Source of the DNA: Myxococcota bacterium
GTDB taxonomy: Bacteria > Myxococcota_A > UBA796 > CAJQPC01
DNA: 64,000 nt
NCBI GenBank assembly: GCA_036229005.1
Contig: JAZAMN010000004.1
Location: forward strand, 115,902 to 179,901
Reading direction: 5' to 3'
Made by a program: the position numbers and the translations under genes. Positions 57,333-64,000 of this stretch are shown here, piece after piece; position 1 is the stretch's first letter; each line of letters opens with the position of its first letter. The notes beneath the pieces are model-generated. The model was not told the DNA's origin. It made no database searches and saw nothing but the letters and a program-made list of their open reading frames with translations.

Positions 57333-59363
57333 TCAGGGATCCAGCAGGGGGAGCTCCAGGCCCAGGGACTCCAGGCGGAGGGCGCTGCCGTCCAGGAGCA
57401 GGATGTCCCCGCGGACGATCCACCGCAGGCCCCAGGACAGAGGCGGCTCCCGGCGCTCGGGGTGCTGAGCGAGGTCCAGGAGCAGGGCGCGGTCGGCGGT
57501 GGAGGCGCGCTGCGCGAGCACCAGGGCGAGGCTGCGCCACAGGGGATCGGCCTGGAGCTGCTGGAGGCGCTGATCCAGGTCGTTTGGGAGGCCCAGGCGC
57601 TCTCGGCAGGCGGCCCGCATCAGGGCGACGGCGCCCCCAAGGTGGGCGGGGGTCTCGGTGCGCGCCAGCACGCCCCAGGTGTCCGCGGGCAGGAAGGGGG
57701 GCAGGCAGTCGGGCTCGGAGAGGGCGGTGGCCCAGGCCCAGGACTCGGCGGCCAGGTAGGTGCCGTGGTCGTCCAGAAAGCCGCTCCAGACGCGGTCCAG
57801 GGCCCGGGCCCAGCGCTCCCGGTCGCGGCTCTGCACGGGGATCCGGGCGGCGTCGACGAGCTGCTCTCTGGAGGCGCCGAGCAGGGCGAGCTGCTGGAGA
57901 CGGCGGGACAGGGCGACGCGGGGGCTGGGCCAGGCCGCGAGCAGGGCCAACTCCCAGGGGCTGCCAGGCCAGAGGGGGGAGCCCGCGGAGAGCACGCGCC
58001 CGGTGGCGATGGAGGGGCTGGTGTCGCAGGAGCCCTGGATGGCCCGGAGGAAGGCGCCGGTGGGGGTGTCCGCGGCGGGGCGGGGGAGCTCGGGCAGCTC
58101 GGCGTCCAGGGAGAGGGCGTGCAGGCGCAGCCAGTGGGCCCAGTGGGCTTGGGCCGCGTGTGCGCGGAGGGCCTGGGAGAGGGCGGATCTCTGCGCGTCG
58201 GAGACCAGTCCAGACCACATGGACAGCACGGGCGCCCAGCTACTGGTGTGGGCCAGCTCGCAGAAGCGAGGAACGGGGTCCGGGTACTGCCGCGTCAGGC
58301 GCTGGGCGGCCAGGTACTCCCCGACGCTGCGGTGCACAAAGGTCAGGCGGCTGCCGCGGCGCTCCAGCAGGCCGGAGTCGCGCTCGGCCCACTGCAGGAA
58401 GGCGCGGCGCTCCGCCAGGGTCCAGCTCTCGGGCAGGGAGCTGGCGTAGAGGCCGTCGGCCCGCTGCTCCCAGAGCTGCAGGGCGAGCTCTTCAAGCTGG
58501 TGGCGGCGCAGGCCTTGGGGGTCCCGGGCCTCCAGGAGCACCTGGAAGCTCTGGCGGTAGAGCTGGGCGGTGGAGCGCGGCAGGGGCTTGGGGTGGCGCA
58601 GCAGCATCATCTGCAGCAGCAGGGGGCGGCGGGCGAGGCTGCGGGCGTGGGGGTGGTCCGCGAGCTGGTCCAGGAAGTCCTGGGCCAGGGACTCCGCGTC
58701 GCGCTCCGGCTCCAGCAGCTCCAGGATGCGGCGGCTCAGGATGGACAGGCCCTGGTCGCTGAGGGGGGCCAAGCGGTGGACACGCATGTCCTCGCCGTCG
58801 CCAGGGAGCGCCAGGGCGCCAGGCCGGGCCGTGAGGACCAGCCCCAGGCGGGGGTAGGTGGTGAGCAGCCCCATCAGCAGGTCGCGCAGCTCGGGGCCTC
58901 GGTCCCCCAGCTCGTCCCAGCCGTCCAGGATCAGCAGCACCCTTGGACCCGAGGAGGCCCGCAGCAGCGGGTCCAGGAAGCCCGCGGGGAGGGAGGGCAT
59001 CCGGCGCCGGATCCAGGACTCCAGGACGGCGTCCAGGCTCTGGTCGGAGCCCAGCCGCAGCTCGCGCAGGGGGAGCGCCAGGGGCAGGGCCTGGTGCTCG
59101 GGGGCCAGCAGGGCGCCCGCGAGCCAGGCGGAGAAGGTGGACTTGCCCATCCCAGCGGCGCCGATGATCACGCTGCGCTCGCTCAGGAGCTGGGTGGGAG
59201 AGGCCGGGCGGCGCTCGCCTTGCGCGTCGACCAAGGAGAAGGGCACCAGCATCCGCGCCAAGGTCACGCTGGCGTGGGGCTGCAGCAGGCGGCTCTCCCA
59301 GCGGGAGTAGCTGTGGGCCAGGCGCTCCCTCCAGAGGCGCGCGATGTGCTCAAGGTGAATCAC
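57333..59363 (-). CDS. NACHT-domain (STAND) NTPase
   Basis: GAAGMGKS, LLILDGWDE, LTARP, PLLLQM, FVHRSVGEYLAA; start uncertain (GTG 59363 or TTG 59426). Confidence 0.88.
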   Translation of the reverse strand: MIHLEHIARLWRERLAHSYSRWESRLLQPHASVTLARMLVPFSLVDAQGERRPASPTQLLSERSVIIGAAGMGKSTFSAWLAGALLAPEHQALPLALPLRELRLGSDQSLDAVLESWIRRRMPSLPAGFLDPLLRASSGPRVLLILDGWDELGDRGPELRDLLMGLLTTYPRLGLVLTARPGALALPGDGEDMRVHRLAPLSDQGLSILSRRILELLEPERDAESLAQDFLDQLADHPHARSLARRPLLLQMMLLRHPKPLPRSTAQLYRQSFQVLLEARDPQGLRRHQLEELALQLWEQRADGLYASSLPESWTLAERRAFLQWAERDSGLLERRGSRLTFVHRSVGEYLAAQRLTRQYPDPVPRFCELAHTSSWAPVLSMWSGLVSDAQRSALSQALRAHAAQAHWAHWLRLHALSLDAELPELPRPAADTPTGAFLRAIQGSCDTSPSIATGRVLSAGSPLWPGSPWELALLAAWPSPRVALSRRLQQLALLGASREQLVDAARIPVQSRDRERWARALDRVWSGFLDDHGTYLAAESWAWATALSEPDCLPPFLPADTWGVLARTETPAHLGGAVALMRAACRERLGLPNDLDQRLQQLQADPLWRSLALVLAQRASTADRALLLDLAQHPERREPPLSWGLRWIVRGDILLLDGSALRLESLGLELPLLDP

Positions 59364-59409
59364 GCAGGGAGCGTAGCGCGGGGGGCGGACGATTTCTGTC
59401 CGGGGGATC

Positions 59410-60657
59410 TCATCCCCGCTGGCCAAGCTCCAACAGCATGCGCACGGCCCGCAGTCGGGCCTGGCAGCTCAGCCAGCGGCACAGATCCCGGGCCTGCTGG
59501 TCCTGGCTGCCCAGAGACTGTTGGACCTGGGCGCGGCGCTGCTCGTCGCCCGTCTTTCGGGAGGCCCACGCACGCAGCAGGGCCCGACTGGCCACGGGGT
59601 CCAGGCCTTGCTCGGCGGACCAGACCCGGGGCATGAAGCGCGCTGGCACGCCCGCGACGGGGCCACCCTTGATCACGCCGCCGCGGGACTCGGCGACCAC
59701 CAGCACCTTGTCGCGTCCTGCGCGCAGGCAGAAGCTCCCCTCGGGCGGGGGCAGGGCGCTCCCCAGGCGCGCGACGGACTCCAACAGGCGCTGTTCTCGG
59801 TCGCGGCGGGCCTGGTCGCGGGCCCGCAAGGTGATCTCGTGTCGGCGCTCCGCCAGAGCCTCGGAGAGGGTGCGCGCGAGCAGCGCCCGGGCCATGTCCA
59901 CGCTGGGCGGTGGGTCGCTGATCATCGCGCGGGCCAGGTCTCCGACGGGATCGATCTCCTTGGGGTCCAGCCAGCTCACCGCCGCGCCCAGATCCCGCAG
60001 GTCATCCTGTGGGCTCCCTGGCCGAGCGAGGACAGGGTCCAGCCACAGGAGCTGGAAGCCGTCGCCCCTGCGGATCAGGTGCCGGGGGCTGACGTGTCCG
60101 TGCACCAGGCCCTCGTGGTGGAGCGCCTCCAGGCCCGTCAGCCCGGCCTCCAGGGCGGCCGCGATCATGCGGGTGTCGGGGTGATCCTCGGCCGGGAGGA
60201 GCTGCGAGAGGGAGGGCCCCTCCAGGGGCAGCTCCAAGAAGGGCCAGGGCCCGGGGTGCAGCAGCAGATGGGGCAAGGGGGCGGGCAGGGGAGCGCGTGC
60301 ACTGCGCTGGAGACGGCGCAGCCACACGGGGTCCTGCCGCAGGGCCGGCCGCAGGGCCCGCACGAGCACCCGCTGGTCCCGCCGCCAGCCGTCGAAGGTC
60401 ACGCTGATGGCGTCCTGCTCCCAGACGCTGCCGCGGCGCACGCCGGAGAGCTCCGTGGGCAGGTTGGTCTCGGCGGCCTCCAGGGCGCGGGCGGCCAGCA
60501 GCAGCGGATCCAGGGTCTGCCGGCGGGCCGGGGTGGTCCCCGCGTCCTCCAGGGCCTTGCGCCGAGCGCTCCAGCCCTGGGGCAGGTGGCCGAGCTCGCG
60601 CAGGAGGGCGTCCTCCAGGGCGTGCAGGGGCAGGGTGCGGGGATCAACAGCAGGCAT
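59410..60657 (-). CDS. Degenerate protein-kinase-like protein (pseudokinase)
   Basis: EGPSL..LL, GLEALHHEGLVHGHVSPRHL, DLRDLG; lacks HRD-Asp, DFG and VAIK Lys. Confidence 0.65.
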   Translation of the reverse strand: MPAVDPRTLPLHALEDALLRELGHLPQGWSARRKALEDAGTTPARRQTLDPLLLAARALEAAETNLPTELSGVRRGSVWEQDAISVTFDGWRRDQRVLVRALRPALRQDPVWLRRLQRSARAPLPAPLPHLLLHPGPWPFLELPLEGPSLSQLLPAEDHPDTRMIAAALEAGLTGLEALHHEGLVHGHVSPRHLIRRGDGFQLLWLDPVLARPGSPQDDLRDLGAAVSWLDPKEIDPVGDLARAMISDPPPSVDMARALLARTLSEALAERRHEITLRARDQARRDREQRLLESVARLGSALPPPEGSFCLRAGRDKVLVVAESRGGVIKGGPVAGVPARFMPRVWSAEQGLDPVASRALLRAWASRKTGDEQRRAQVQQSLGSQDQQARDLCRWLSCQARLRAVRMLLELGQRG

Positions 60658-60718
60658 CTGCGCCCCCTAACCCACCTGGAGCCGGAACCTGAGGGCTATT
60701 CTGCTGTCAGGAGGAGGC

Positions 60719-61906
60719 GTGGACCTCAACACCCTGGCATGGCTGATCTCAGTGCCGCTCATCGCGGTCCTGCACGAGCTCGGCCACGCGCTGGCGGCGC
60801 GCCCTGCCGGCTACCGGGTGACCTCCTTCGGGATCGGCCACGGCAAGCCCTTGCTGCACTGGGAGACCCGCCGCGGCGTCATCGTCTACCTGGGCCGCTG
60901 GCTGGTCTCCGGCGGCATGTGCGTGGCGATCCCCGTCGAGCCGCTACCCTCGCGCCGCTGGCTCTACCACTCCGGCGGCCTGCTGATGCAGGGTGTCCTC
61001 GCTCTGGCCCTGTGGCCCCTCTCCCAGCGCTTCCCGGCCCTGGAAGGCGCGATGGTGTTCAACCTGTTGGTGCTCGCCTGGAACCTCCTCCCCCTGCGTT
61101 TGGGCGGCTACGCGACCGACGGCTGGCACCTGGTCGCCCCGTGGCTGGGGGGCTCTCGCGCCGGGCAGTTCTACGCGCAGCGCGCCCACGTCGAGCGGGT
61201 CCTGCGTCTGGAGGAGGCCAACCACTCGGCCCTGGGGGTGCACTGGTGCCGCCTGATGCTGGAGTGGATGGACACCGTGACCGGCCAGGAGCCCCAGGAC
61301 TGGGAGCCCGAGGAGCTCATCCTGATGTCCGAGCCCCAGCTCGAGGGCCTCATCACCTACATCCGCGCGGAGCAGGAGCGCATGGAGGGGGCTTCGCTGG
61401 GCGCTCTGCAGCGAATCCAGGCCCACCGCCGCGACATGGCCGGTGCCCTCCCGGGGCGCGTGCGCGACATGCTCGCCCTCTCCGAGGCCCGCGCGTGGAA
61501 CGCCCAAGGCAGCCCCAAGAAGGCCCGCGAGCTGCTCTCCCAGGTCGCCGGGGTGGGGGGCGCGCTGGGGCGTGAGGCGCTGGTGGTCCAGCTCGAGGCC
61601 GCGCTGCAGGAGGGGGAGCCCGCCTTGATCGCCGCCGCGTGCGAGCGCCTGCGGGCCAGCACCGAGGGCGCCTTCCTGGACCTCCCAGCCGCCGCGATCG
61701 CCCTCTATGAGGGGGCCCAGGAGCTCAAGGAACAGGGGCAGCTCCAGGCCGCAGAGACCACCGCTCTGGCCGCCCGGGCCGCCGCCAATCGGGCACTGGC
61801 CGCCGCCCTCCCCGAGGACAGGCTGCCTCTCGCTGCGCGGCTGGGTGCCGTGGCGGGGGTGGAGATCGTGCCGGAGCGCCCCCGGCTCTGGCGCCGGAAG
61901 CAGTAG
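60719..61906 (+). CDS. Site-2 protease (M50) family with helical C-terminal domain
   Basis: HELGH, FGIGHG, NLLP....TDG; GTG start after AGGAGG. Confidence 0.85.
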   Translation: MDLNTLAWLISVPLIAVLHELGHALAARPAGYRVTSFGIGHGKPLLHWETRRGVIVYLGRWLVSGGMCVAIPVEPLPSRRWLYHSGGLLMQGVLALALWPLSQRFPALEGAMVFNLLVLAWNLLPLRLGGYATDGWHLVAPWLGGSRAGQFYAQRAHVERVLRLEEANHSALGVHWCRLMLEWMDTVTGQEPQDWEPEELILMSEPQLEGLITYIRAEQERMEGASLGALQRIQAHRRDMAGALPGRVRDMLALSEARAWNAQGSPKKARELLSQVAGVGGALGREALVVQLEAALQEGEPALIAAACERLRASTEGAFLDLPAAAIALYEGAQELKEQGQLQAAETTALAARAAANRALAAALPEDRLPLAARLGAVAGVEIVPERPRLWRRKQ

Positions 61907-61916
61907 CCGCCCGGAG

Positions 61917-63512
61917 CTACTCGATGTAGCCGAGCTGCCGGAGCTGCTCGAGCACCGCCTCGTCCTCGGAGGTGGTCTGGCTGGCCTTGCCGCTGCCCCG
62001 GGCGCCGTAGCTCTCGACGGTCTTGAGGGGGTGCGCGGCGCGGAACTCGGCCGTGTAGAGCTGCTGGTAGGCGCTGCCCTTCATGTCGTCGGCCACGGCC
62101 AGCCCCATCCCGTAGAGCAGGGTGGGGGTGATGTCGTGGATGGAGATGCCCTCGACCTTGGCGTCGGGGTCGATGTCCGGACCGGCGGCGATGAAGATGC
62201 CCGGGGGGTCCCCGGCGTGGCCGCCCGAGTTCTCCACCATGCCCTTGATGATGCCCTTGGTCTCCTTGCCGTCGATCAGCAGGGTCTTGGTGGCGCCGTC
62301 CTGCAGGCTGATGACCACAAAGTCACCACCCCGCTCCTGGTCCGTCTGGTTGGCCATGTCCAGCTCGAATGCCGGCTGTCCCGAGGAGTAGGTCACCGTG
62401 GCCAGGCGGGCCTCAAGCTCCTTGCGCAGCGCCTCGGCCTGCTCGGGGGTGAGCTTGCCGCCGGGGTCCCGGCCCTCCAGGGAGAAGCGCACGCGCTTGC
62501 GGCGCTCGTTGAGGGCGGAGCTCCAGGTGAACATCTGGCTGTCCTCGACGATGGCCGTCCCGTCCGGCGCCAGGGTGGCGTACCCCAGCTCCGCGAGCAG
62601 CTTGTCGAAGTTGTAGGTCACCTTGAGCGTGACCTCGTCCAGGGGGCGGAAGCCGTGGTCGCTGACGATGATGACGTTCACGTCGTCCGCGGCCTGCTCC
62701 AGCACCCGCCCGATGACCTCGTCCGCGGAGCGGTAGGCCTTGGGGATCTTGGTCCCCCACTGGTCGATGCCCTCCTGGGGGACGCTGCCAGCGGGGAAGT
62801 CCTGGGGCCGGTAGTAGCGCCAGAACTTGTGGCTGTTGGGGTCGGTGCCGTGGATGTACATGGCCATGAAGTCAAAGGGCGTGGCGGCCAGCACGGGCGC
62901 CCACTCGGTGACCACGCGGTCTTCTGGCGCGAAGTGCTGGGGCCCCGGCCAGAGCTTGTTGTGCTCCTGGTTGGCCTTCTCCAACGAGGCTCGGACCTGC
63001 GTCTGGGCGGACCCGGGGGTGGCGCAGCGGTCCAGGTCTCCGTTGCAGCGCTCGGTGATGTTCATCCCGCTGATGTCCTCGGCGGGCCAGCTCCCCCACC
63101 AACCCAGCAGGTGCGTGCGCATCCCGGCGCTGCTGGTCATGTTCCAGATGGCGGGCACCTTGCGCAGGTCGGAGGAGACCGGCACGTCGCCCTGGGGGGT
63201 GGCCACCACGAAGCCGGTGATGCCGTGCACATCCGGGCCCTGGCCTGTGGCCACGGTGGTCCAGATCACCGGGGACCAGCCGTAGTCGGTGACCAGGTCC
63301 GCGCGGACGCCCCGGTCCACCAGGCCCTTCACGTTCTTCATCTGGCCCTGCTTCCACTGGTCCTCGATCACGTCCCACTCGCCGCCGTCCATGCCGATGA
63401 GCAGGAAGGGGTGCCCCGAGGGGGTCTTGGCGGCCATGGCGACGCTCCACAAGCCCACCGCGCCAAAGACCAGAGCGGTGATTCCAAGTCCACGTCCAAG
63501 CTGCTTGAGCAC
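61917..63512 (-). CDS. Alkaline-phosphatase-superfamily nucleotide pyrophosphatase/phosphodiesterase
   Basis: IGMDG, SPVIWTTVATG, D..SH, SDHGF, DITPT, LRQLGYIE. Confidence 0.88.
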   Translation of the reverse strand: MLKQLGRGLGITALVFGAVGLWSVAMAAKTPSGHPFLLIGMDGGEWDVIEDQWKQGQMKNVKGLVDRGVRADLVTDYGWSPVIWTTVATGQGPDVHGITGFVVATPQGDVPVSSDLRKVPAIWNMTSSAGMRTHLLGWWGSWPAEDISGMNITERCNGDLDRCATPGSAQTQVRASLEKANQEHNKLWPGPQHFAPEDRVVTEWAPVLAATPFDFMAMYIHGTDPNSHKFWRYYRPQDFPAGSVPQEGIDQWGTKIPKAYRSADEVIGRVLEQAADDVNVIIVSDHGFRPLDEVTLKVTYNFDKLLAELGYATLAPDGTAIVEDSQMFTWSSALNERRKRVRFSLEGRDPGGKLTPEQAEALRKELEARLATVTYSSGQPAFELDMANQTDQERGGDFVVISLQDGATKTLLIDGKETKGIIKGMVENSGGHAGDPPGIFIAAGPDIDPDAKVEGISIHDITPTLLYGMGLAVADDMKGSAYQQLYTAEFRAAHPLKTVESYGARGSGKASQTTSEDEAVLEQLRQLGYIE

Positions 63513-63596
63513 AAGGCCTCCGTTTGGGACATCCCCGTATCCCGTCGGATTCAAACCCTCAGCCCTTGACAGACTTCCCCGAGCCCTCGGAGGAGG

Positions 63597-63950
63597 CGTG
63601 CTCAAAGTTTGAGCACGATGCACAACCCCTCCCGATCTTCAACCCTTTGTGACCATCCCCACATGCGGGTCCACAGCTTGTCCATAGGGAGTCCCAAGCC
63701 GTCCCCAGCGGACGCTGTTCTGCAAGTGCCAAGAATCAGGTGGATCTGCTCAGCCCTTGACCTGTCAATTCACCCCTTCAAGCCACGGTCGAGGGGATCC
63801 TATGGACAAGCGCCGCGCTGCTGTCTCGCCGCCGCCTCGCTGCTGTCTGGCCGCTGCCCGGTAGCGTCCCAGGAAGTGGTGTAGCAGCCCCCTCAGGTTG
63901 AAGAGGCGGTGGGGTTCTCCATAGACGTTGACTTGTCAACAACAACAACC
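63597..63950. promoter_or_regulatory. Candidate oriC/regulatory region: DnaA-box-like 9-mers, palindromes, CAA trimer run
   Basis: CGATGCACA 63616, GGGTCCACA 63667, TTGTCCATA 63678, TATGGACAA 63801, TTCTCCATA 63915; (CAA)4 at 63937-63948. Confidence 0.4.
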
Positions 63951-63966
63951 TGGAGACCCACCGCTC

Positions 63967-64000
63967 ATGGCCGACGTAGAAGATTTGACCGCACTCAGCA
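63967..64000 (+). CDS. 5' end of unknown gene (MADVEDLTALS...), partial
   Basis: ATG preceded by GGAG; runs off the window. Confidence 0.5.
   Translation, partial: MADVEDLTALS

Noticed and set aside
49353..58762. Very long ORFs 49353-52676, 53805-57188, 56048-58762
   Set aside because: Arg/Pro/Gly-rich shadow frames of real genes; only 49353-50750 is a credible CDS

Overview
Very GC-rich bacterial chromosomal DNA, most consistent with Myxococcota (PEGA-domain proteins, MYXO-CTERM-like tails, PEGA Ser/Thr kinase, myxobacterial-type beta-barrel). Most of it is housekeeping or envelope genes: trhO, trmO/tsaA, msrB, ruvCAB, lpxC, cysH, dusA, dapAB, three radical-SAM enzymes, glycosyltransferases, an Aer2-like chemoreceptor, and KAP and NACHT NTPases. 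Highlights: (1) an intact IS110 (IS621-like) element at 31449-32957 whose 5' non-coding end encodes a readable bridge RNA, with target guides matching the actual flanks and donor guides matching the element's own ends; (2) four modules of an uncharacterised extragenic repeat, a bipartite motif GCGCAAGT-N6-GAACGCAAC in exact 31-bp period, arranged as convergent arrays always separated by exactly 37 bp of variable sequence; (3) a 1.5-kb tandem array of MITE-like units with heptamer-built inverted ends; (4) an unannotated stand-alone transcription unit for a 15-aa Pro/Lys peptide; (5) a radical-SAM protein fused to a Cys-less copy of a neighbouring radical-SAM enzyme; (6) a candidate oriC at the right edge. 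No rRNA, tRNA or CRISPR array was recognised. All calls come from manual reading; no searches were run.
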